A stretch of DNA of 43,539 nt, from assembly GCA_000388065.2 (NCBI GenBank), contig KB932206.1, one strand, 5' to 3'. Under the pieces are notes generated by a model. The model was not told the DNA's origin, ran no database searches, and saw only the letters and a program-made list of their open reading frames with translations. Both the position numbers and the translations under genes were made by a program. The first letter of the stretch is position 1. Every line of letters starts with the position of its first letter. Below are positions 1 to 11,100 of the stretch, in pieces. Source of the DNA: Fonticula alba ATCC 38817. Its lineage: Eukaryota; Protista; Nucleariida.

Positions 1-698
1 GGCGGAGGGGGCGCGCGCGCGCGAGCAGCGCAAGAGGGCAGGGAAGTGAGGCGCAGAAAGACGGCGGAGGCGGGGGGGGTTGTCGGTGCCCGGAAGATGG
101 GGCATCCCCGGGGCCTGGAGGGATGGCCAAGAAAAAGCCCCCAACGATCCCCCGCCTCCGCCGCCTCCGCCGCTCCGGAAGCACCACCGGGGAGGACGGG
201 GCGGAGAGCCAGGAACCCAGGGAGAAAGATCCGGATAATCTCCCAGGGAAGGGCAGGGCGGGGGGGGGGGGGGGGGGCGCCAGCGGCGGCCATATGCCGA
301 GGTGCTGCCCACGGGGGTGTAGCTGCCCACGCATGGCCGTTCGGTGGGGCATCGATCCTTGGGACTAGTTGTCTGGCTCTCCCACCCCATCCTCTCGTCG
401 GCTCTCCCGGGCCTGCCCTGCCTGTGTTTGTGAGTGTCCAGGGGGGGGGGGGGGGGGGGGCATAATGCGCCCGCCGTGTCATTTCGATGCAGGCACTTCC
501 GCGTCAGGGGCGCGGACCCAGGGAAGGCGACACCGGCAGAGAGGCGTCGAGTGGGTGAAATCCCCCGGCCGGCCTCTTGGGCAACCGGCCTCGCTCGGCA
601 TGCCCCATCGCCTCGACACCCCGCGGTGATATACTCTCCCCTCCCCTCCGCTCGCCCCTTTGCCCCGCACCAAGCCGCTTGTCAGTTTCCCCGACACC

Positions 699-1134
699 AT
701 GCTCCCCGCCGTCGCCCGCCTGTCTGTCCGCTCGCGCGCCCTCCCCGGCGTGGCCAGCCGTGCCTTTGCCACCGCCTCCTCTGCTGACGCCTCGACCGAG
801 CACGGCGTCAAGAAGTTCGGTGTTGTCGGCGCCGGCCAGATGGGTATCGGCATCGCCCAGGTGGCTACCTCTGTGGTCGGCCTGCCCGTGGTCCTGGTCG
901 ACACCAGCGCCGAGCGCCTCGAGAAGCAGATCGCCTTCATGGGTGCGTGTACAGCCACTGCGGTCGCCCTTCTCCCCCCGTAGGATGGCTGCGCCCGGGT
1001 CTTCTCCCGCATCTCCTGTCCCCTGCCTCTTCTCTCCCCTCCCGGACCTTGCTCGCCACTGACCGAGAGTACATTGCCTCGTCGCCTCCTCCTCTCCCCT
1101 GTCCCGGACCGGGCCTTGGCCTCGGTCGCGCGCC

Positions 1135-1165
<31 letters not shown>

Positions 1166-2089
1166 GTCCACGCCGCCCCACAGGCAGCGTCCTGGCCAAG
1201 GACGTGGCCAAGGGCCGCATGACTGAGGAGCAGCGTGCCGCCGCCCTGGACCGCATTGTCCCGGCCACCAGCCTCTCGGCCCTGGCCGAGTGCGACTTCG
1301 TGGTGGAGGCCGTGTCCGAGGACCCGGCCATCAAGCTGGAGCTCTTCCGCCAGCTGGATGGCGTGCTGGCCGCCCCGGCCCCCGGCGCGGTTGGCCCGAT
1401 CCTGGCCTCCAACACTTCGTCCATCCCGCTGACGCGCATTGCCGGCTCGGTCTCCGCGGCCCGCGCCACCAGCGTCATCGGCATGCACTTCATGAACCCG
1501 GTCCCGGTGATGGAGCTTGTCGAGGTGATCCCCGCCCTGCAGACCGCCGATGAGGTCCTCCTCCGCACTGAGGCCCTGGCCCGGGCCATGGGCAAGACCA
1601 CCGCCCGGTCGGCCGACGCCCCGGGGTTCATCGCCAACCGCCTGCTCATGCCGATGCTCAACGAGGCCATCATGTGCCTCGGCGAGGGGATCGCCACCCC
1701 GGAGGACATCGACACCGTCATGCGCCTCGGCATGCGCCACCCGATGGGGCCGCTCAAGCTGGCGGACTTCATCGGCCTGGACACCTGCCTGGCCATCATG
1801 CGCGTGCTCTACAACGAGGTGCGTTGTGCATCGGCACTGCGTGTGGTACTTCTGCCCGGCTGCCTTTTTCCTCGTCCTTCTCTTTCTTTTTCTTTCCTTG
1901 CAAAGCCCCCGGCCACAGCCGGTTGTCCCTCTGCGGTGGCTCCCTCTTCTTCCTTTTCGTGCTCTCTGACCCTTATCCCTTCTATGGCAGTTCGGTGACC
2001 CGAAGTTCCGCCCTGCCCCGCTGCTGGTCCGCTATGTCGAGGCTGGCTGGCTCGGCAAGAAGGCCGGCCGTGGCTTCTACCAGTATTAA
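699..2089 (+). CDS. hbd: 3-hydroxybutyryl-CoA / 3-hydroxyacyl-CoA dehydrogenase with N-terminal mitochondrial-type presequence; join(699..942,1184..1818,1991..2089)
   Basis: Rossmann GVVGAGQMG, then [33 protein letters not shown] and C-terminal [14 protein letters not shown]. Two GT-AG introns with compatible phases. Arg/Ser/Ala-rich leader [23 protein letters not shown]. Confidence 0.95.
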
Positions 2090-2230
2090 GCGCGCGTGCC
2101 GCCGCCGCCGCCGCCGCCCGGTGAATTGCTCCCCCTCCGGGAGACGCCTGCTCTGGCTTCTCCCGGGATGTGCCCGCGCGAGGGGGAGGCAAATAGAAAC
2201 ACACCTCCCTCCCTGGGGGGGAGGTGTGCG

Positions 2231-2282
2231 CATGTACACACACACACACACACTCGTGCGTGTGTATGTGTGTGTGTGTGTG
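2231..2282. repeat. (CA)n followed by (TG)n inverted microsatellite between convergent genes
   Basis: acacacacacacacacac-tcgtgc-gtgtgtatgtgtgtgtgtgtg read directly. Confidence 0.85.
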
Positions 2283-2492
2283 GAAAAAACAGGATGTATT
2301 CTGGATCTATGGTACAAAGCCCTCTCTCGGTGACCGGGCGGCTAGGGCAACACTGTCGCCCTACTCCGGGAGCGGCAGAGAGAGAGAGAAGGAGAGAAGG
2401 AGGGGAGGGAAACAGGCTCGGGAGGGGTGTGGGGTTCGGGCGTGGAGGATGCACAGGCCTGGGAAGGGCCGGGTCCGCGCCAGGCGTTCCGC

Positions 2493-3213
2493 CTAGGCCT
2501 CCAGATCGTCGGTCTGAACACCGTGGGACTCGGCCACCGCGTCGAGCCGCGCGCGACGGGCATCCAGGTCGGCCTTCTTGTACACGCGCGAGGGGACAAA
2601 CGGGAGGACGGTAATCGAGCGGTGGCTCAGCTGGTAGCCATTGAGCTTGGCCATGGCGCGGTTCGCGTCATCCGGGATCTCGTAAACGACGAATGCATTG
2701 CCACGGGTGGTCGGGGAGTTTCCACTGGTCACAGGGGGAGGGGGTAGGAGGGGGGGGGGAGAGAGCAGGGCGAAGGTGAGGGGAACAGGGCGAGAGAGGG
2801 GGGGGATGGGGCAGGAAGGGAGCAGGGATGGAGCAGGGATGGAGTAGGGATGGAGTAGGGCGGGTGGAGAAACGCACAGACGGATCTGCTGGATTGCCCC
2901 GAACTTGCCGAACAGGTCGTACAGGGTCTTGGAGGACACATCAAAGGGAAGATACCTGGAGGGCAGCCAAGAAAAGGGGAGGGGGAGGAAGGCTGGTGAG
3001 TGGCCCGCGGCCGAGGGAGGAGGCGAGCAAGCCTGCCTGGACACGCACTTGACGAAGAGAATGCGGTTGTTCTGCCGCGCTTGGCGGGATTGCTGGGTGC
3101 GCAGGCGGACGAAGAGGTCAGACAGACGCCCAGGCCGGGCGGCGAGAGGCCCTCCCGGGGAAAAGATAAGCAGGGGGATGAGCGAGACAGGGAAAACGCA
3201 CAAGCGAGCTCAT
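2493..3213 (-). CDS. SF3B6: Splicing factor SF3b subunit 6 (p14), RRM protein, 121 aa; complement(join(2493..2724,2878..2955,3049..3092,3202..3213))
   Basis: NRILFVKYLPFDVSSKTLYDLFGKFGAIQQIRLGNSPTTRGNAFVVYE matches the p14 pattern NRILYIRNLP...YDIFGKYGPIRQIRVGN..TRGTAYVVYE. Three GTGCGT...CAG introns give one open frame. Confidence 0.93.
2820..2860. repeat. 11-nt tandem repeat (gagyagggatg) x3.7 in an SF3B6 intron
   Basis: gagcagggatg gagcagggatg gagtagggatg gagtaggg read directly. Confidence 0.85.
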
Positions 3214-3990
3214 GATGCGCCGACAGGAGGAAAGAGTGAGACAGGCAGAGAGGGCGAAGCGAACAGGAGGCGGAGGGCGAGGAGGCGGGGGGGGGGGAGG
3301 GGCTCTGCTGGATGGCACCCGGGAACGGTGCCAACCTTAGCCCGGCGCCGAAAAAGTGAGTCCGCCCAGGACGTGCTGCTGGCCGTGGGGAGCAAAGTCC
3401 CGAAGCTCCCTCCCAGGCGGGCAATGCCCGGCTGCCGACGTATGAGTGCGTGTCATGATGCCCGAAGATCATGTGGGTGCCAGTGGGCGTGTGCCCCTTC
3501 GTGTCTGATATCTCGGAATCCTCGGACGGTGGAGCATCCGCCGCCGGCGCGCCGAACGCGTGGGGGCTGGCCCGGGGAGGGGATCGGGTGGGGATGTCCG
3601 GCCACGAATTCAGAACCGACCGGGGGACGATCCGCATTGACTGTGTCTGAAAATGGTGCACTTTAATATGGACGATAAAATAGTCCCCGGCCGGTGTGTG
3701 CCTAGGAGGGATCGAGGCCGGGAGGTTTGCGAGGCTGGGGCCTTTTCCCTCCTCCCTGGCTGGCGGGCCTGCCCCGAGAGGCTGCCAGGACGGTGCCCCT
3801 GCCGCGGGTGCGGGACCGCCGCCAGGACCTCGCCCCCGGCGATAGCGCGCATGCCCTGACGCGCGCACACAGCATGCCCCCCCCCCCCCCCCCCCCCCCG
3901 GCGAGAAGCACGAAAAAAGCCCCGGTGTTCGCTCACCCCGGCACAGCGGGATGCGGAATACGGGGGACCAGATCCAGCGCGGTGGAAACC

Positions 3991-5834
3991 ATGGCCCCGA
4001 CGGCCGGGCCCCGCCCCCTCTTGCGCCCCACCCGCCCTGTCACCCTGGCTTTCTTGTTTATCTTGCACGCTGCGCCCCTCAGCAGCAATTTCGCCGGCAC
4101 GAGGCGTCGTTCTGATGGCGCCGGTAGCCGTGCGTGGGGGCGGGCCTGGGAGGCGGCGGCCCTGTCCTCGGGCCCCGGTCCCGGCTGCCCCACCCCCTCC
4201 CGTCAAAACCGTTACCTGACCCCGGGCCTCCGAGGACACGGGCCCACACGGGCCGCGCGTGGCGAGCGTATCGCGCGCCGTACCTCCCCGGTTGGGTCTG
4301 GCAGACTAGAGAGACAGCCGCGCCCGGCGCCAGTGCATGCAGATGCCGATGTGCCCGGGACCTGGCCGCCCGTTGGCGAGGGCGCACCGGTTTGCGTGGG
4401 GGCGGTGCCCCATCTGCGTCGGCGCGGGTGTGTCTCTCTCTCTCTCTTTCTCTCTCTGTCTCTCTCTGTCTCTCTCTCTCTCGCGGTGAAAGTCCGAGTG
4501 TGTATGCGGGCTCCCGTGTTCCGGCTGGAGTGTAGGCCGCCGGTCCGGGGCTCTGTATCCTTATGCCGCGACGGCCGTTTGTGCCGTGGCCCGCCCTAGC
4601 CCCCGGATCGCCGGCGGGGCCGGGCGTACTCGTCAGCCGCGTAGGTGCTTCTGAAGTGACATTAGATTTCCCCCCGCGGGGGATTCTGATTCATCTGGAG
4701 GGGCTTCCTCAGGCCCGGCCGAGTCTGGGCGCTCACTGTCCCCCGCCCCCCCCCGCCCCTGCCCCCCGGGCGGGAGGCGGACGAGAACCGGCGGCGCCCG
4801 GGGCCTGCCGCATGGAGAAACAGGTGCCCCCGGCTGGCGCCCGCCCCCCGACGCAACGCCAGGCCTTTGCGCAGGGTGGCCGTATCCCGGGTGCCGGCGG
4901 GTCGCGCCGCTGTCTCCCCTGTTGCCGGGCGTGCAGCAGCACGCCATCGGCAGGAATGCGAGTCTCGTCCGCGGCCGGCGGGTCTCGCGCATGCTTGCTG
5001 CGCGCAGGCTCCTCCCGGCTCGCGGGCCCCGGCGGGGGGGCCATTCTGCTGATTCTGTACTCCAGAGCGGCCGCCTTTGGGGCGGGTGCCTCCGCCGCGC
5101 CGGGGCCGTCCTGCTGGCGGCTGCCGGGCTTCTCCGGAGCAGGGCCGCCCCGGCGGAGATGCGATCAGTCCTCGGGCCCGGGCTCGGCCCCGGTGGCCGG
5201 CCCGGATTCCGGGGGAATGCGCCCCTGCCGGCGGCGCCATCCGGCCCCGGCCCCCGGGCCCCCCTCGCGGCTCGCGCGCCCCCCCCAGGCCGCCGGGCAG
5301 TATCCGGCACACGCGCCGGCCCACTACCACCTGTCCGCGGCTGCTCCCCACCAGCCACAGCATACCCAGCACCAGCACCAGTCGCAGGTCCCCTTCGGTA
5401 ATCACGACCCCCGGCCGGTTGGCCTCCGCCCCGGAGGGGCGGCCGACACTCGTCGGGGCTACCTGACACCGCATCGACGCATGGCCCGCGGTGCCCTGGC
5501 GCCCCCCCCCCCCCCCCCCCCCCCCCTTCGCCGCAAGGGGGCAGGGCGGGTGCCCCTCTACAGGCGGGACACGTATGCGGGCATGTCCTGCGGCCGGCGC
5601 CCGGGCGTCGTCCCGGCTCCCGGGGCGCGCACGCGCGCATGGCGACAGGCCTGGGCAAGCTCGGGCCCCGCCAGCACTAGGCCGGTCAAGTGTCCGGCGC
5701 GCGCCAGCTACCCCGGCTGGGCATCACTCGGCTGGCCAGCCCCGCCCGTGCGCATTTGCGCGCGCGCGCGCGGCCGGTTGTTTAACTTGCCCCCCCCCCC
5801 CCCCCCCCCCTCGATCTGCCCGCGCTTGGCTTGA
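3991..5834 (+). CDS. Possible lineage-specific hypothetical protein, tentative join(3991..4427,4637..5834)
   Basis: aaaccATGG start context like the real genes here. GTGTGT donor at 4428 precedes a CT tract, and the CAG at 4636 is phase-compatible. No recognisable domain; the product is low-complexity. Confidence 0.25.
4431..4483. repeat. (CT)n microsatellite
   Basis: Interrupted tctctctc run read directly. Confidence 0.9.
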
Positions 5835-6159
5835 CTCGCGCCTCGCACACGCCCTCTCGCGATCTCCGCGGCCAGTTGGCGCGCCGGCGCATGGCGCCCC
5901 CGGGGGTTTCGTGGCACGCACCGGCGCACGTCCCCCCCCCCGCCCAGCCTGGCTCCCGAGAGCCCTTGCCTCGGGCGCGGGCCGCCCGCAGGGGACACAA
6001 GCCCTCCGGGCTGGGGGCGGGTGTGGGTGGGTGTGCCTGCGCAACGTGGGCCCCCCCCCCCCTTTGCCCGTCTGCGGGCGGCTCCCGGGAACTGCCTGAC
6101 TTGGCGGGCAGGACACGAAGACGCGCCCCCCGCGCCGCCCCACGCAGGGGCTCCGCCAG

Positions 6160-6166
6160 TATAAGA
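6160..6166 (+). promoter_or_regulatory. TATA-like box upstream of the small + strand gene
   Basis: tataaga in a very GC-rich context, followed about 30 nt later by a pyrimidine-rich stretch, ahead of an exon ending at the 6421 GTGAGT donor. Confidence 0.3.
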
Positions 6167-6542
6167 GGCGGCCGCCAGCGCGGCGGCCGGCTCCTGTTTT
6201 CCCTCACCCGAACGTCGCCCCCATACGACGCTTGCCTCGTCCCCCCCGCTCTAACCTCGCTGCCGACGACGGCGCGCCTCTGCGCGTCACTTTCGCGCGC
6301 GCGCCCCTCGCGCCCCGGGTTTGTCCGCCCCTCGACATCCCGGTTCCCTCCGTTGCTCCACCAATCGTTTGCCCCTGTTTCACCCATTGAGCCGGCCTTC
6401 TTTCCACGGGAAGCCGCCCAGTGAGTGCCTCAGAGCCCCCTCACCCCCCCTTGCGTGACTCGCCGCCGCGTGTGTTCCCGCGTCCTCTCTCGTCCGTCGC
6501 CTACCGCCGTAGTCGCACCCGCTCTCGTTGTTCATCTCCAAG

Positions 6543-6812
6543 ATGCAGGTCGTCCACCAGCTTAACGCCTTCAACCGCTGCAAGCAGCGCCAACGCGAGA
6601 CCGAGGCCACCTCGACCGCCGCCACGCCAAACGATTCCACCGGAGTTGGGAAGAAAGTTTTCGGGTATACCGAACGTCCACTCTTTCCTGAGGCTCAAAA
6701 CAATGGATTCCTTGCTTCCGTACGTGTGCATGCTTGCTCCCTTGGCCCGCCGGGGGGAGGGGAGGGGGCCTGCTCGTCTCTGCCTCGTTCCCCCTTGCCC
6801 CGCCCCGCCCCG

Positions 6813-6884
<72 letters not shown>

Positions 6885-6894
6885 NNNNNNNNNN

Positions 6895-6977
<83 letters not shown>

Positions 6978-7100
6978 TCTCTGCGCCCCCCCCACCCCCT
7001 CCCATCGCAGATTCACACCCGCCTCTTCGCCTTCTGGCCTGTTACCTCTGCCTCGACCATGAGCGCGGAGTCTAACATCCCGGGGCCGATTGACGGGTAA
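6543..7100 (+). CDS. Small hypothetical protein, 88 aa; join(6543..6719,7011..7100), probable 5' UTR intron 6421..6512
   Basis: The first ~28 codons are strongly C/G-ending. The GTACGT donor at 6720 and CAG acceptor at 7010 are both phase 0. No family recognised. Confidence 0.55.
6813..6975. repeat. Poly-C tract with a 10-N gap inside an intron
   Basis: Direct reading. True length is unreliable because of the gap at 6885..6894. Confidence 0.9.
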
Positions 7101-7374
7101 ACACTTGCGATCTAGCTTTCCCGACTGCGTGGGGAATACAGTGGACGCCGCCGGCGAGGGGGCGCTCTCTCCTCCCTCCTTCCATCTTCTCTCTATGTTT
7201 TTTTTTGGAAGAAAGGAGGAGGCCAGGAGCGTCCCCCCTCCGCGGGCTTCCGCCCACTGTTCGCGCACCGGGGTTCCCCGGCTCTCTCGGCCGGGGGATA
7301 GCTAGATCCGCGCCACCCACACCATGTGCTTTCTCCTGCGCGTAGTGACCCTGCTGTATGACGTGTGTCTTCGT

Positions 7375-7410
7375 GTGCGTGTGCGTGTGCGTGTGCGTGT
7401 GCGTGTGCGT
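7375..7410. repeat. (GTGCGT)6 hexamer microsatellite
   Basis: Six exact copies read directly. Confidence 0.9.
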
Positions 7411-8152
7411 GTGTGTCCTCTGAGATGGTCACACGTCGCACGTGCGCGCGCACGCGCACGCGCGCGTACGCACGTCCTGCTGGGTGGCTGGGCTCCTTGA
7501 AAGAGGAAGGGGGTGTCTCATCTATTCCCCTCTCTGTGCGCTTCTCGCGGCGTGTGCGTGCCGGAGGAGGAGAGACCGCCACACGCATTCCCCATGCGGG
7601 TGGTTCTCTCTTTCCCTCCGCGTGCTGCCTCTCCTGCCCGGCGTACAGTCAACAACAATAGACACGACACCGACCACAAACACCTTCCCCCGCGCTACCC
7701 CTTTTTTTTGTGCGCCCTTCTCAGCATGCTTCTCCCTTCGTTCGCGCGCGCGCGCGCGCACGCGTGTGCATATCACACACACGCCTTCGTGCACAGGATC
7801 CGATGCTTCCTTCGCCGCCGCGTGTTTCTCTCGCTGGCCCTGTGTTGTTGTTTTTTTTCTTTTCCTTCGCCCACCGAGGTGCGGGCAGGACCCGTCCATT
7901 TCTCCTGTGACCTTCCTTGTACTGGGGTGTTATTCCGCCGAACGCGAATGTGCGCACAAAAGGAGGAGCCGACAGCCGGGAGAGACCGAGGTCAGGGCAC
8001 ACCAGGTCCATGTGTCTTTTTATTTTTTTTTTGCCACTTCCTCCTGCCTCCGATGGGGCGGGGAGAGGGGGAGATGGCCAACTAGAGAGAGGAGAGAAAG
8101 AGGGGATGCAAGGAGGGAGGAATGTGCACGGGTGCCTGCGCGCCCCCCTCCC

Positions 8153-11100
8153 TCACGCCGGGGTTGTCAGGCCCACGCTGTCGGCCAAGCTAGAGAGCAG
8201 CCGAGTGGCGGTCACCAACAGACACGCTCCAGCCAGGGCAGCAGCGGCTAGTGTGGCCGGGCGCCGGTGCTGAGCCCGGCGCCAGCCCGCACCCAGGCGG
8301 CCCACCACCCCCGGGGCCAGGATGAAGTACAGAATCCCACGCACCGCCAAGCCATACACGGTCGGCGGACTGACAAGGCCCAGATATGACAGGGAAAAGG
8401 CGCTGTCGGTCATGCTCAGCAGCCGCGAGGAGAGCCCCAGGCGATTGGCCAGTGCCAGCACCCGGCCCACTTGGGCCATGCTCGACTGGCCATCGGGATT
8501 GCAGGCCGCCAGCCCGCCCCAGGCGGACGTGGCCGCCTCCTTGGACATCACATCCCCGAGCACCGGGCCCAGCAGCGATCCCCAGCGAGTTGATGTGCCC
8601 GAGGCCGGGGCCGGAGAGGCCGGGAAGACCGCGCGCGACACGCTGAAGGACACCAGGGCACTGGATTGCAGCAGCAGCGGCAGGGCCGCCGTCGCCAGCA
8701 GCGCACAATACCCGAGGATGACCCAGGCAAAGAAGGCGGCCATTTGCCTGTCACAAGGTGGCCGAGAGGGCACCATCCGGAGGGGCCCAGGACATCCGGC
8801 GGGAGGGAGACCGAGGCAAAAGAAAGAAAGAAGAGTCCCAATCAGTGCATCAGTGAGTGCCCCCTGGCAGGTGCCATTCGGCTACAAAGAGGACGGAGGA
8901 GGGAGCGGGGCAGGCGGGGCGGAGGATGGCGTACCGGCCATAGGAGGAGTCGTCGCCACGCCGGGAGTCGGGGATTCCGGAAATCCAGTGGACCGATCGC
9001 AGCAGGGCCACCACGCTTCCCAGGGCCAGGCCGCGCGCGAAAAAGAGCACGGTGGCCAACTTCCACAGGAGCCCAGCCACGGTCGCCAGCGGCCGCAGGC
9101 TGACCGGGGCATATGCAATTGGATCTGCCACTTGTGCTGCCAGCCAATCCAAGCTCACCTGCCAGGGGACCACGGCGAAGGCAATGTCCCACGCCAAGCG
9201 CAGCAGGATGACGCCAGTGAAAAGCCCCCGGGCCACGGCCTCCAGCGATGGCAGGGCAAGCACGCCCGGGTTCCTCGGGCCAGGGCCCGCGGCCGGGTGC
9301 GCGAGAGCAGGGCCTCGGGCCGCGCGGGAGGCGTCCGGCCGAGGAGCCCAAACGGAAGAGCCCGGCGAAGCCACTGGGGGGCCCCTTTCGCGGGGGAGCT
9401 GCTCCGCCAGCAGAGACATGTCCTCCAGGCTGAGCGTCGTCCGTGAGAGGCTAGCCTGGCGCAGCCGAGCGGCAGCCAGGGCCGCGCTTAGCGACCGGCT
9501 GGCCGCCTCAAGATCCTCCCATAGCGAGGCCGGTCCGGGCATCGGGGGCTCGGCCGCGGGAGTCACCTCGGCCAGGCCCTGCACTTCGGCCTCCGCAGGG
9601 CAGAAGGTGGCCTCAAGCGTCGGCCGGAGGCTGGCCCCGGGGGCGCGGAAGCCCAGCTGAAGCAGCACCAGACTGGCCGGCAGGGCCACCCCCAGCAGGT
9701 ATACGGTTGCTGGAGCGGCCAGCAGTTGATCCATCCAGAAGATGGCCGTCTCGATGGCCGTGCGAGTGGTGGCTTCCAGCGGCGATCGGACCACCTGCAG
9801 ATAGAGGGCCGCGAGGTCCAGCCGCGCGGAGACCGAGTTGTGGGCATACCCCACCGACAGGTGGCCCAAGTCCACCAGCGGGACGAATAGGCCCTCGGGA
9901 ATGAAGTAGTCCAAGGCTATGCTCATGGGTAGGGCACAGCCGAGAAGCTGGGAGCCGCGTTCGGGGGGGGGNNNNNNNNNNGGGGGGGGGGGGGCAATGC
10001 GTCGGTCAGGCAACTTCCCAGGCCCGGAGGCAAGTACGAGGCAGGGGGAGGCAGCGGGAGAGAGAGAGAGAGAGAAAGATACACGCAGAGGGCAGAGACA
10101 GACGGAGGGGTGTCATGTACAAGAGCTTGCGAGGCAAAGGCATCCAGCAGGTGGTGGAGACGCTCTCGACGCCAGGCGGCCTGCGCGCTGGACCGAGCCA
10201 CCGTGAGATAGTAGGAGACGGAGGAGGTGAAGCCCAGGCCGCGCTCAGGGCCGCCCAGGGGGGGCAGGTGGCCGGCAAAATGTCGGCGCTTGTGCAGATG
10301 CCCCTCGGCCAGGAAGCATAGCAGCGGCAGAGCCACCACGGCACAGATCAAGTTCAGCACCAGTGCCCGAGACCAAACGGCTCGCAGGGCGTCGATGCTC
10401 AGCACCGGCCCAAGCAGGCCGGGCTCCGGCCGCAGGAGGGCCGCACCAAAGTCCAAGCCGCTCGAGCTCGACCCGACCGGGGCCGGTGGGCCCATCTCCG
10501 AGCGCAAGAGCAGCAGGGCCACCGGGGCCAGGAGAGACAGCAGCAGGGTGCTGAGAACCCCCCCGGCCAGGGCGCCCACCAGGAGGCGGCTTTCGAGCGA
10601 GGGCTGCGACCGAGCCATGGCCAGGGAGGCGCGCGTGAATGGAGCTGGCGGGGGCTTCCGCGCGGCAAGGGCATTACGCCGGAGGAGGAATGTGTAAAGC
10701 ACCCGGTCGGCGGCCCTGCCAGGGGCACACCCCGGGGGCCGGATCCCGGTGGAGGTGGCCCGGGCTGGCGCAGGGGGCGGGTCCCGGCCCAGGGAGGAGG
10801 TCGGGATGGCCTGGAGCCGGAGGCGTTTGTGCGGCTCAGCCGGGACCCAGGCAGGCGACAGGGCCGAGCACAAGCCCGGGGGCCCGGCGGGGGCGGAGAC
10901 ACTCGGAGTCCGAGCCGACTGACCCGGCGAAGGGACCGCACGAGTCCCGGTCGTCGAGGAACACTCGACTGAGGTCCCGCACGCTGGCCACTCTTCGCCG
11001 GGAAGGAGCCACAAGTGGTCGCGACCACTTGTGGCCGACGCCGCGTCCGGCAGGGAGAAGGAAACAATGCGCGGCAGGACCGGCGGGGAGAAGGGCACCA

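Noticed and set aside
3636-3675. SECIS-like UGAC...AAAA...GGAC in the hairpin
   Set aside because: Helix II cannot form in the required register, and no upstream UGA-containing selenoprotein gene lies on that strand.
4641-4710. Possible C/D snoRNA or TPP riboswitch (ctga boxes, small hairpin)
   Set aside because: No RUGAUGA box C and no TPP core. It may simply be coding sequence of the tentative gene.
6681-6700. TCC-TGA resembling the antizyme +1 frameshift site
   Set aside because: That frame has no ATG and a stop at 6563. The +1 frame would give only about 40 more residues with no antizyme similarity.
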